This document shows, one piece after another, positions 27,083 through 35,510 of a DNA stretch of 64,000 bases. The stretch spans positions 8,708 through 72,707 of the forward strand of contig JAHZMC010000021.1 of assembly GCA_022599515.1 (NCBI GenBank), in the 5' to 3' direction. Each line of letters starts with the position of its first letter. The stretch's first letter is position 1. Under the pieces are notes generated by a model. It was not told the origin of the DNA. It made no database searches and worked only from the letters and a program-made list of their open reading frames with translations. A program made the position numbers and the translations under genes. Source of the DNA: Betaproteobacteria bacterium. GTDB lineage: Bacteria > Pseudomonadota > Gammaproteobacteria > Burkholderiales > Methylophilaceae.

Positions 27083-28509
27083 TGGGTAAAGTGACAGGAT
27101 TTAAAGAGTTTGAACGACTATCGGAAGCCAATCTTCCAGTTGAGCAGCGCGTAAAAAATTACAAGGAGTTTGTGCTCCATTTAAGCGATGATGAAGCAAA
27201 AGTACAAGGCGCACGTTGTATGGATTGTGGTATTCCATTTTGTACGGCAGGTTGCCCAGTCAACAATATCATCCCTGATTTCAATGACTTGGTTTATCAG
27301 CAAGATTGGAAGCAAGCGATTGAAGTGTTGCATTCAACCAATAACTTCCCAGAATTTACTGGTCGTATTTGCCCTGCACCATGTGAAGCGGCTTGTACAT
27401 TAAATATTAATGATGATGCTGTTGGCATTAAATCAATTGAGCATGCCATCATTGATAAAGCATGGGAAAATGATTGGGTTACACCTCAGATTAATCCAAA
27501 TAAGACTGGTAAAAAAGTTGCAGTGGTAGGCTCAGGACCTGCGGGTTTAGCCGCGGCTCAACAGTTGGCGCGTGCTGGTCATGATGTCACTGTGCTAGAA
27601 AAGAATGACCGTATTGGCGGTTTATTGCGCTATGGGATTCCTGATTTTAAAATGGAGAAGTCGCACATTGACCGCCGTATGGCACAGATGGAAGCAGAAG
27701 GCGTCACGTTTAAGACCAATCAATACGTGGGCGAAAATGTTCAAGCAGATGATGTATTAAAAAATTATGATGCTGTTGTGTTGGCTGGTGGTGCTGAACA
27801 TCCACGTGATTTACCTGTTCCAGGCCGTGAATTAGATGGTGTACATTTTGCGATGGACTTTTTAACGCCTAATAATAAAGCAGTTGCAGGCGATAATGTT
27901 CAAGGTCAAATTAAAGCAACAGGTAAACATGTTGTAGTGATTGGCGGTGGTGATACAGGCTCTGATTGTGTGGGCACCTCTAATCGCCACGGAGCAGCAA
28001 GCGTTACTCAGTTTGAATTGATGCCACAGCCGCCAGTACGAGAGAATCGTGCGTTAACATGGCCGAACTGGCCACTTAAAATGCGTACATCAAGCTCGCA
28101 TGAAGAAGGCGCAGACCGTGATTGGTCAGTTGGAACCAAAGAATTAATTGGTGAAAATGGCAAAGTAACTGGTTTAAAAGCAGTGCGTCTAGAATGGGAG
28201 GGGCGTAATATGAAAGAAGTCCCTGGTTCTGAATTCACTATTAAAGCAGATTTGGTTTTATTGGCTATGGGCTTTGTTTCACCGCTACAAAATGTATTAG
28301 ATGCTTTTGGTGTCGAAAAAGACAATCTTGGTAACGCTAAAGCAACAACGGATGGCGAAGGTTGCTATCACACCAGTCAAGATAAAGTCTTTGCAGCGGG
28401 TGATATGCGCCGTGGTCAATCCCTAGTTGTTTGGGCTATTCGTGAAGGTCGTCAATGCGCCAAAGCGGTAGATGAGTTTTTAATGGGTTCATCAGTATTG
28501 CCACGCTAA
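27082..28509 (+). CDS. gltD: Glutamate synthase (NADPH) small subunit
   Basis: Fe-S Cys clusters and the [10 protein letters not shown] dinucleotide motif. The start overlaps the gltB stop (TAATG). Confidence 0.95.
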   Translation: MGKVTGFKEFERLSEANLPVEQRVKNYKEFVLHLSDDEAKVQGARCMDCGIPFCTAGCPVNNIIPDFNDLVYQQDWKQAIEVLHSTNNFPEFTGRICPAPCEAACTLNINDDAVGIKSIEHAIIDKAWENDWVTPQINPNKTGKKVAVVGSGPAGLAAAQQLARAGHDVTVLEKNDRIGGLLRYGIPDFKMEKSHIDRRMAQMEAEGVTFKTNQYVGENVQADDVLKNYDAVVLAGGAEHPRDLPVPGRELDGVHFAMDFLTPNNKAVAGDNVQGQIKATGKHVVVIGGGDTGSDCVGTSNRHGAASVTQFELMPQPPVRENRALTWPNWPLKMRTSSSHEEGADRDWSVGTKELIGENGKVTGLKAVRLEWEGRNMKEVPGSEFTIKADLVLLAMGFVSPLQNVLDAFGVEKDNLGNAKATTDGEGCYHTSQDKVFAAGDMRRGQSLVVWAIREGRQCAKAVDEFLMGSSVLPR

Positions 28510-28549
28510 GCAGCTAAACTAATGTGATTTAAAATGGCAGTAAAATACT

Positions 28550-28580
28550 GGGGATACAAATGCTGTATCCCCAATTTTTT
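28550..28580 (+). terminator. Rho-independent terminator after gltD
   Basis: GGGGATACAaatgcTGTATCCCC followed by aaTTTTTT. Confidence 0.75.
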
Positions 28581-28594
28581 GAAAAAGAGTTAAT

Positions 28595-29665
28595 ATGCAA
28601 GTCCTTCAGAACGATACTTTTTTAAAAGCGTTAATGCGCGAATCCACCAGTTACACACCGGTTTGGATGATGCGCCAAGCTGGACGCTATTTGCCTGAAT
28701 ATAAAGCGACACGACAAGATGCGGGTAGTTTTATGGACTTATGCCGCAACGCCCAGTTTGCGACCGATGTGACTTTACAGCCTTTAGACCGCTATCCCTT
28801 ATTAGATGCGGCGATTCTATTCTCAGATATTTTAACTATCCCTGACGCGATGGGTTTAGGCTTGTCGTTCGAAGCAGGCGAAGGCCCTCGCTTTGAAAGA
28901 ACATTACAGCACGAAGCTGACATTAAAAAGTTAACAGTGCCAGATATGGCTGACCTTCAATATGTCTTCAATGCAGTTTCCAGCATTCGTAAAGCATTAA
29001 ATGGACGTGTGCCTTTAATCGGCTTTTCAGGCAGCCCATGGACGCTTGCAACCTACATGGTTGAAGGTAAAGGTGGCACAGACTTTTTAACAACAAAGAA
29101 AATGGCGTATACCAGACCTGATTTGTTACACCATATTTTAGAAACAACGGCACAGACAGTTATTCAATATCTCAACGCGCAAATTGAAGCTGGTGCACAA
29201 GCTGTCATGATTTTTGATTCATGGGGCGGTGCGCTCTCGCACAATGCCTACATTGAATTTTCACTCAATTATATGAAAAAGATTATTGCTGGTTTAACTA
29301 AAACTGCCGATGGTCGAAAAGTGCCTTGTGTGATGTTCACCAAAGGTGGCGGGCTTTGGTTAGAAGCTCAAGCAGAATCAGGCGCAGACGCGCTAGGCTT
29401 GGATTGGACGATTGATATTGGACTAGCGAGAGCGCGTGTTGGAAGCAAAGTGGCTTTACAAGGAAATTTAGATCCAGCAGTTTTATTATCAACACCAGCA
29501 GCAATAGAAAAAGAAGTAGCAAATATTTTAGTGAGCTATGGCGAAGGCTCAGGACATGTATTTAACTTAGGTCATGGTATTACGCAATGGACGCCGCCAG
29601 AAAACGCAGCTGCATTTTTAGAAGCAGTACGTAAACATAGTCAGCAATACCACATTAATAAATAG
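28595..29665 (+). CDS. hemE: Uroporphyrinogen decarboxylase
   Basis: N-terminal [15 protein letters not shown] signature; full length. Confidence 0.95.
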   Translation: MQVLQNDTFLKALMRESTSYTPVWMMRQAGRYLPEYKATRQDAGSFMDLCRNAQFATDVTLQPLDRYPLLDAAILFSDILTIPDAMGLGLSFEAGEGPRFERTLQHEADIKKLTVPDMADLQYVFNAVSSIRKALNGRVPLIGFSGSPWTLATYMVEGKGGTDFLTTKKMAYTRPDLLHHILETTAQTVIQYLNAQIEAGAQAVMIFDSWGGALSHNAYIEFSLNYMKKIIAGLTKTADGRKVPCVMFTKGGGLWLEAQAESGADALGLDWTIDIGLARARVGSKVALQGNLDPAVLLSTPAAIEKEVANILVSYGEGSGHVFNLGHGITQWTPPENAAAFLEAVRKHSQQYHINK

Positions 29666-29681
29666 CAAATAGCAAGCAAAA

Positions 29682-29707
29682 AAAATGACCCAATGAAGGG
29701 TCATTTT
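29682..29707. terminator. Bidirectional terminator between hemE and cspA
   Basis: AAAATGACCCaatgaaGGGTCATTTT hairpin between convergent genes, with A and T tracts on either side. Confidence 0.7.
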
Positions 29708-29743
29708 AATCGAGGTTTTTATGCCTCAGGTTTTATTGCAAAC

Positions 29744-29947
29744 TTAAGCTTTTTGAATGTTAGAAGCTTGTTTACCTTTTGGACCATCAGTAACGTCGAA
29801 AGTTACTTTTTCGTTTTCTTTCAAACTTTTGTAACCACTATCAACGATTGCTGAGAAGTGAGCGAATAAATCGTCACCACCTTCATCTGGAGTAATAAAC
29901 CCAAAACCTTTTGAATCATTAAACCATTTTACTGTTCCTGTTGCCAT
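29744..29947 (-). CDS. cspA: Cold-shock protein, CspA family
   Basis: 67 aa with RNP1/RNP2 motifs (KGFGFI, DLFAHF). Confidence 0.92.
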   Translation of the reverse strand: MATGTVKWFNDSKGFGFITPDEGGDDLFAHFSAIVDSGYKSLKENEKVTFDVTDGPKGKQASNIQKA

Positions 29948-30140
29948 GTCTTATATCTTTCATACTTTAAATAGGGAGGCACCCTGAAAACTTGGGTTTT
30001 AAAATCTAATGCCTACTGACTTAAAATTGAAAAATCCAACGCCTTAGTACGCTTTGTACACGCTAATGAAGAGAAAAACAAGCGGAAAATGCATTTATTT
30101 GCAAAAAAAGCACAAAAAAACGGCTTTTTTGGTGTTTTTG

Positions 30141-30169
30141 TTGCTAAACATGTCGTCTAAGCCTATACT
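30141..30169 (+). promoter_or_regulatory. Candidate sigma-70 promoter of infA
   Basis: TTGCTA (30141-30146), 17-nt spacer, TATACT (30164-30169). Confidence 0.45.
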
Positions 30170-30217
30170 GCGTGCGTTATTGCTTTTAGAGCAATGTAAA
30201 ATATTTTGGAGTTATAG

Positions 30218-30478
30218 TTGGCTAAAGAAGAATTAATTGAGATGAATGGTGTAGTAACAGAAGTCTTACCAGACTCGCGTTATCGTGTGACATTAGAAAA
30301 TGATCACAAGTTAATCGCCTATGCTGGTGGTAAGATGAAGAAAAATCATATCCGTATTTTGGCTGGTGATAATGTTACGCTTGAGCTATCGCCATATGAT
30401 ATTAATAATGGGCGGATTACTTTTAGACATATTGAACAAGGTAGCAATAACTTTACGCCTAGGAAAAAAAGATACTAA
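30218..30478 (+). CDS. infA: Translation initiation factor IF-1 (long form with a basic C-terminal tail)
   Basis: The S1-like IF-1 core is conserved ([26 protein letters not shown]...GRITFRH). TTG start with GGAG 6 nt upstream. An extra tail of about 14 aa ([15 protein letters not shown]) follows the core. Confidence 0.9.
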   Translation: MAKEELIEMNGVVTEVLPDSRYRVTLENDHKLIAYAGGKMKKNHIRILAGDNVTLELSPYDINNGRITFRHIEQGSNNFTPRKKRY

Positions 30479-30500
30479 ATCATTTTTAATGATGCAAATA

Positions 30501-30530
30501 AAAAGCTCCACTTAGGAGCTTTTTTGTTTT
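30501..30530. terminator. Terminator between convergent infA and the cytochrome b561 gene
   Basis: AAAAGCTCCacttaGGAGCTTTTTTgtttt. Confidence 0.75.
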
Positions 30531-31116
30531 AAGGCAACATGCGTTGCATGGTTTCATCTTTATCGATAAATTTATGTTTTAAAGCGCCTAAGATATGTAA
30601 AACAATAATGGCTAGAAATATCAACCCTGCAATTTCATGTGTCTCATGAAAAATTTCTCTTATTGGTTTATTTTCGATTCCTGCAATAAAATCTAGACCA
30701 AACCACTTTACACCATACTTACCTGCCACCGACATAATCAAACCGCTCAATGGAACGAGCACCATCAATAAATACAGTAAATGATGGGCGCTAGTAGACA
30801 GTTTACGTTCCCATGCCTTGTAGCTTGTTAATAATGCAGGTGGCTTATGGGTAATACGCCATAAAATGCGAATAACAATAAGGCCTAATAAGGTAATGCC
30901 AATTGACTTATGTAAGTTGAAATAAAAAGCTCTAGGTGAGCTCTCTTTAGTTAGTTCCCAAGTGTAAATGCCCCAATCAAATACATCATATGACATTTGC
31001 TCTGGCGCTTCTCTTGGTAAACCCGTCATGTACCAGCCAAATGCAAACATACCTAAAATACCGAATGCAATCAGCCAATGCAGGATAATGGCAACTTTCG
31101 TATAACGCTTGTTCAT
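30529..31116 (-). CDS. Cytochrome b561 family protein
   Basis: Four-TM protein with the conserved N-terminal ...VAIILHWLIA... and a second His-containing helix pattern typical of CybB-like b-type cytochromes. Confidence 0.8.
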   Translation of the reverse strand: MNKRYTKVAIILHWLIAFGILGMFAFGWYMTGLPREAPEQMSYDVFDWGIYTWELTKESSPRAFYFNLHKSIGITLLGLIVIRILWRITHKPPALLTSYKAWERKLSTSAHHLLYLLMVLVPLSGLIMSVAGKYGVKWFGLDFIAGIENKPIREIFHETHEIAGLIFLAIIVLHILGALKHKFIDKDETMQRMLP

Positions 31117-31231
31117 GCTTCCTCCTTAAATTTAGTGCCACTCAACTTGATGTTTTGTGTGACAATCGTCACTACATTCTTGTTCAAGAAGCATTATATT
31201 TTAACCGTTAAAAACGGAAAGCGACTGAATT

Positions 31232-32149
31232 ATGCGACTTTTAAGCAAAATATTAATACTGTTCATGTTATCTAGTTGTGCTGAAAGCAAGCCTGCTGGA
31301 TTCTTGGAGAGTATAGGTGATGGTATTTATGTTCATCATGGAGAGCATTTAGATATTGATGTTGGCTATCAAGGTGATATTTGTAACATCAGTGTGGTGG
31401 TTGGCAGCAAGGGTGTAGCGGTTATTGATACGGCAGGCAGTCTAAAAGTTGGACAACAGTTGCGCGCTGCTATTGCGGAAATTACCAAGTTGCCGATTTT
31501 GTATGTAATTAATACCCATGTGCATCCAGATCATATTTTTGGTAATGCCGCTTTTACTGCAGATAAACCGACTTTTGTTGGGCATGAAGCGTTAGCCGAA
31601 GCCATGCAGTTGCGTGAAGAGGCTTATAACAAACTAAATGCAAAGTATTTGGGGGAAGAAGCTAAAGGGAGTGAGATTGTGCTACCTACTTTAGCGGTGA
31701 AAGATTCATTGAATCTGGATTTAGGCGATAGAAGCTTGCAATTACAAGCATATCCAGTTGCGCATACTAATACTGATATTACAGTGATTGATTCTAAAAC
31801 ACAGACTTTGTTTACTGGCGATTTATTGTTTATAGAGCGTACGCCGGTGATTGAGGGCGATATCAAAGGGTTGATTGCAACTTTGGAGCAATTAAAAACG
31901 TATCAAGATGTGAAACAAGTTGTGCCAGGCCATGGAGCGCAGACCAAAAATTGGAAAGTTGCTATTGGTAATGAATTACGCTATTTAAATGTCATGTTAA
32001 GTGATGCGCGGACCGCAATTGAAAATGACGTTGGCATGGTAAAAGCAATGGATACTGTGGCGGCTAGTGAAAAAGATAAGTGGGTATTGTTTGATGTTGC
32101 CAACCGACGTAATGTCAATACAGTTTATCCCGCGCTAGAGTGGGAATAA
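31232..32149 (+). CDS. MBL-fold metallo-hydrolase, probable lipoprotein
   Basis: HxHxDH motif (NTHVHPDHIFGN) and a lipobox-like MLSSC signal. Confidence 0.8.
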   Translation: MRLLSKILILFMLSSCAESKPAGFLESIGDGIYVHHGEHLDIDVGYQGDICNISVVVGSKGVAVIDTAGSLKVGQQLRAAIAEITKLPILYVINTHVHPDHIFGNAAFTADKPTFVGHEALAEAMQLREEAYNKLNAKYLGEEAKGSEIVLPTLAVKDSLNLDLGDRSLQLQAYPVAHTNTDITVIDSKTQTLFTGDLLFIERTPVIEGDIKGLIATLEQLKTYQDVKQVVPGHGAQTKNWKVAIGNELRYLNVMLSDARTAIENDVGMVKAMDTVAASEKDKWVLFDVANRRNVNTVYPALEWE

Positions 32150-32150
32150 A

Positions 32151-32174
32151 AAAAGCGGCAATTGCCGCTTTTTT
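32151..32174. terminator. Bidirectional terminator between the MBL hydrolase and DoxX genes
   Basis: aaaaGCGGCaattGCCGCtttttt between convergent genes. Confidence 0.8.
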
Positions 32175-32203
32175 AACAAATGAACTATTGTTCACTAAAG
32201 TTT

Positions 32204-32587
32204 TTATTTCTTGCGGTTATCTAAGCTGCAAGCTGTTTGAGGATACAAACTTAACAGTAGTAATCCACCTACTATGCCCAAGTGTATGAACATAGATTGA
32301 AAATCGTGTTTGCCAGAAATGACTGCTAAAAATATTGTTAGTGTTAATAATAAATATGCACATGCCTTTGTCTTATAGCCGAGAAGCAATCCGATGCCAC
32401 CAACTAACTTTATTAAAATTAATAAAGGAGCAAAAATAGTTGCCAATCCTACACTACCTAATTCTAATTGGTATTGCATATAACCATCAGCACTACTGAA
32501 AATTTGATTCAATCGAAGTATAACCGGTCCTAAAAAAACCAATGCAAGTAACACTCTCGCAACTGTTGTTTGATATTTTTGCATCAT
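32204..32587 (-). CDS. DoxX family membrane protein
   Basis: 127-aa four-TM protein with a DoxX-like pattern (ARVLLALVFL...KLVGGIGLLLG). Confidence 0.75.
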   Translation of the reverse strand: MMQKYQTTVARVLLALVFLGPVILRLNQIFSSADGYMQYQLELGSVGLATIFAPLLILIKLVGGIGLLLGYKTKACAYLLLTLTIFLAVISGKHDFQSMFIHLGIVGGLLLLSLYPQTACSLDNRKK

Positions 32588-32667
32588 CTCATCCTTAAAT
32601 TCACATATTAAAATTATGCATGCATAATGCCTGTAAGCACTATCGACTGCAAGTATTACAAAAATCT

Positions 32668-33093
32668 ATGCAAGAATTTTATATTAAACAAGTCACTTGG
32701 GCTACACATGAAACACAGTTAAGGCTGATTCGTGAGCAAGTGTTTATTCTAGAGCAGCATGTTCCAATTGTATTGGAATGGGATGATTTAGATGCGGGTG
32801 CAACGCATTTATTAGCCTTTGATCAACAAGCGCAAGTCATTGCTTGTGCACGGTTGTTGGACAACGGCACTATTGGGCGCATGGCTGTTTTGTTAGAAAA
32901 GCGTGGAATGGGTATAGGAAGCGCACTATTACAAACAGCAATCAATATTTGTAAGCAACAAAGCTTAAAAGCTGTGACACTCTCTGCGCAAACCCATGCA
33001 ATTGTCTTTTATCAAAAAGCAGGCTTTGTTATTGTGAGCGACGTTTATTTAGATGCCAACATTCCGCATGTGGATATGCAACTAAAGATTTAA
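32668..33093 (+). CDS. GNAT family N-acetyltransferase
   Basis: Acetyl-CoA binding motif (RGMGIGSALL...FYQKAGF). I prefer the internal ATG at 32668 (MQEFYIKQVTW...) to the ORF-track start at 32620. Confidence 0.8.
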   Translation: MQEFYIKQVTWATHETQLRLIREQVFILEQHVPIVLEWDDLDAGATHLLAFDQQAQVIACARLLDNGTIGRMAVLLEKRGMGIGSALLQTAINICKQQSLKAVTLSAQTHAIVFYQKAGFVIVSDVYLDANIPHVDMQLKI

Positions 33094-33102
33094 GTCAGTA
33101 GT

Positions 33103-33131
33103 TTTAAATCACCGCATTAAAATTGTATAAT
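33103..33131 (+). promoter_or_regulatory. Candidate sigma-70 promoter of the fae-family gene
   Basis: TTTAAA, 17-nt spacer, perfect TATAAT (33126-33131), 40 nt upstream of the ATG at 33171. Confidence 0.45.
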
Positions 33132-33170
33132 GAGCGATTGTTTTTCAGTTCATTTCTAAAAGGTATTTTT

Positions 33171-33713
33171 ATGTCAAAAATTATTTTTAAAGCAGGCGAA
33201 GCAACCTTGTACACAGAAGGTAAAGATACATCAGCAGCAATGCCAGAAATTCTTATCGGCGCAGTTGATGGCCCAGTTGGTCAAGCGTTTGCTAACTTAA
33301 TGCAACAAACTAAAGGTCACACCGCGATGTTTGCCGTGCGTGATTTAAATCAAATGGTGCGCCCAGTGTGTATGACAGTACCAAAAGTGACATTGAAAGA
33401 TTCAGCCAACATTGAATTATTTGGTGGCTTGGTGCAAGCAGCAACAGCAGATGCGATTTTAGATTGCGTGATTGAAGGCATTATTCCAAAAGACCAAGTG
33501 AATGACCTATGCATTATCAGCTTGGTATGGATTGATCCAGGTGCAGCTAAAGACCCTAACTTAGATAAAAAAGATATGTACAAAAATAACTACGAGGCGA
33601 CTAAGCTAGCAATTAAACGTGCATTAAACGATGAGCCTAGCATTGATGAACTCATTGCTAACCGTCAAAAAGTAAAACATTGCATGTGGGAAGACAGCTG
33701 GGATCAAGACTAG
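33171..33713 (+). CDS. Formaldehyde-activating enzyme family protein (Fae paralogue)
   Basis: Strong C-terminal match to the Fae signature (NNYEATKLAIKRALNDEP). The start is set at the ATG at 33171, because the ORF-track TTG at 33123 lies inside the promoter -10 region. Confidence 0.85.
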   Translation: MSKIIFKAGEATLYTEGKDTSAAMPEILIGAVDGPVGQAFANLMQQTKGHTAMFAVRDLNQMVRPVCMTVPKVTLKDSANIELFGGLVQAATADAILDCVIEGIIPKDQVNDLCIISLVWIDPGAAKDPNLDKKDMYKNNYEATKLAIKRALNDEPSIDELIANRQKVKHCMWEDSWDQD

Positions 33714-33723
33714 TTAACACGAT

Positions 33724-33749
33724 AAAAAGTAGCTCCGGCTACTTTTTTT
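33724..33749 (+). terminator. Rho-independent terminator after the fae-family gene
   Basis: AAAAGTAGCtccgGCTACTTTTTTT. Confidence 0.8.
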
Positions 33750-33772
33750 ATATCTGTGATTAAGGAAGTAAA

Positions 33773-34422
33773 ATGAAAGTAGCATTTATCGTAATGATTA
33801 GAATGATAATCTTATGTTTATTGAGCATAGGATTTGTCGCTTGTAGTAGTGGTGAAAAGTTAGCTGCTGTTCCCACAGGCGCAACTGTATTGATATTGGG
33901 CGATAGCTTAAGCTATGGCACAGGCGCGGCCAAGGGAGAAGACTACCCTACGCTACTAGCACAACGTACAGGATGGGATATTATCATGCAGGCGTGCCCG
34001 GCGATACCAGTGCAGAAGGCTTGACGCGATTACCTAGATTATTGGAAAAGTATCAGCCTGCCCTATTAATGATTGAATTAGGTGGTAATGATTTTTTACG
34101 CAATATCAATATTAGCCAAACGGAGGCTAATTTACGCGCTATTATTCAAGCGGCACAGTCCAAAAATATTCAGACTGTGTTAATCGCTATTCCAGAAAAC
34201 CAACCAGTCAAAGCCGCCTTAGGCGGATTATCAGACCATCCAATTTATCCGAAACTAGCTGAGGAAAACAACATTCCTTTGGTGGAAGATATTTTCTCTG
34301 ATGTGCTGTCTAAAAACGCGCTAAAGGCAGACTATATTCATCCTAATGCGGAAGGATACAAGATGGTTGAGGAACAGTTGAGAGCGGCTTTAAATGAAAT
34401 TGGTTTGTTAAAAGCTGAGTAA
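33773..34422 (+). pseudogene. GDSL/SGNH arylesterase (TesA-like lipoprotein) interrupted by a 1-nt frameshift
   Basis: ORF 33773..34024 carries the lipobox and GDSLSYG block I. ORF 33973..34422 carries GVPGDTS, ELGGNDFL and the C-terminal DYIHPNAEG block. Reading attATCaTGCAGGC with one extra A at about 33986 gives a continuous ...TGWDIINAGVPGDTS... Confidence 0.75.
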
Positions 34423-34447
34423 TGCTCTTGCTTAATGATTGAATTGC

Positions 34448-35509
34448 TTAATGTTTAAATTGCATCATTAATAAAATATTGCGCACAGGCGTCGGTATTG
34501 CCGCACCAATCGCCTCATCTATGCCCATCCATATGTAGCCAGCTTTTTCTTTTTGCTTTGGTGGGCTGACGACTTGTAATGGTTGCGGTGTAATAGCCAG
34601 CTTGTAATGGGTAAACACGTGATTCACAATCGGCAATGGTTCATCAGCCTCTGTTGATAAGCTAAATTTTTGTTGCGCAACTTCGTAGGCGATTGCTGTC
34701 ATGTCAATTTCTGGTAAGCTCCATAGCCCTGCCCAAATACCTTTTTGTGGACGTTTTTCTAACAGAACTTCCTTACCCATAAGGATAATTAACATCGTCG
34801 TTTCTTTTTGCGGTAATACTTTTTTCGGCTTTGGAGTGGGTAAGTTTTGCGTTTGGTTCTCTGCGAGTGCCTGACAGCTTTTATGCAGCGGACAAAGCGC
34901 GCACTTTGGTTTGCTGCGGGTACAAATAGATGAGCCTAAATCCATCAAGCCTTGGGTGTAAGCAATGGCATCATGGTTTGTATGATTAGCGCTTGGATTC
35001 TCGCGCTCAGCAATTGCCCATAGTTTTTGTTGAATGGCTGGCTTACCTGTCCAACCTTCAATCACAAAATGGCGGGCGAAAACACGTTTCACATTGCCGT
35101 CTAAGATAGGTTGTGGTTTGTTTAAAGCAAAGGTTGAGATAGCCGCTGCCGTAGAGCGACCAATGCCAGATAAACGTTGAATATCATCAAATTCAGTTGG
35201 AAACATACCATCAAATTCATCTACGATGGTTTGCGCGGCGCTGTGTAAATTGCGTGCGCGTGAGTAATAACCTAGTCCGCTCCAAGATTGTAATACCTGT
35301 TCTTGCGTGGCATTGGCGAGGGCTGCAATATCAGGAAAGCGTTGCATAAACGCTGCATAATAACCAATGACGGCTGTTACCTGCGTTTGCTGCAACATGA
35401 TTTCAGACACCCAAATAGCATAAGGGTCCGTGGTATTTTGCCATGGCAAATCATGCCTGCCATGGTCTTTTTGCCATTCAATAATGGCATTTGCAAAAGC
35501 GCTCATCAA
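34448..35509 (-). CDS. mutY: A/G-specific adenine DNA glycosylase
   Basis: HhH-GPD region, 4Fe-4S Cys cluster (C..CALCPL..C) and a NUDIX-like C-terminal domain. Confidence 0.93.
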   Translation of the reverse strand: MMSAFANAIIEWQKDHGRHDLPWQNTTDPYAIWVSEIMLQQTQVTAVIGYYAAFMQRFPDIAALANATQEQVLQSWSGLGYYSRARNLHSAAQTIVDEFDGMFPTEFDDIQRLSGIGRSTAAAISTFALNKPQPILDGNVKRVFARHFVIEGWTGKPAIQQKLWAIAERENPSANHTNHDAIAYTQGLMDLGSSICTRSKPKCALCPLHKSCQALAENQTQNLPTPKPKKVLPQKETTMLIILMGKEVLLEKRPQKGIWAGLWSLPEIDMTAIAYEVAQQKFSLSTEADEPLPIVNHVFTHYKLAITPQPLQVVSPPKQKEKAGYIWMGIDEAIGAAIPTPVRNILLMMQFKH

Positions 35510-35510
35510 A

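Noticed and set aside
30054-30236. 60-aa ORF in the cspA-infA intergenic region, and 31078..31275
   Set aside because: They lie in promoter or 5-prime-UTR DNA, have Lys/Leu-rich AT-driven translations and no RBS. They are most likely spurious.
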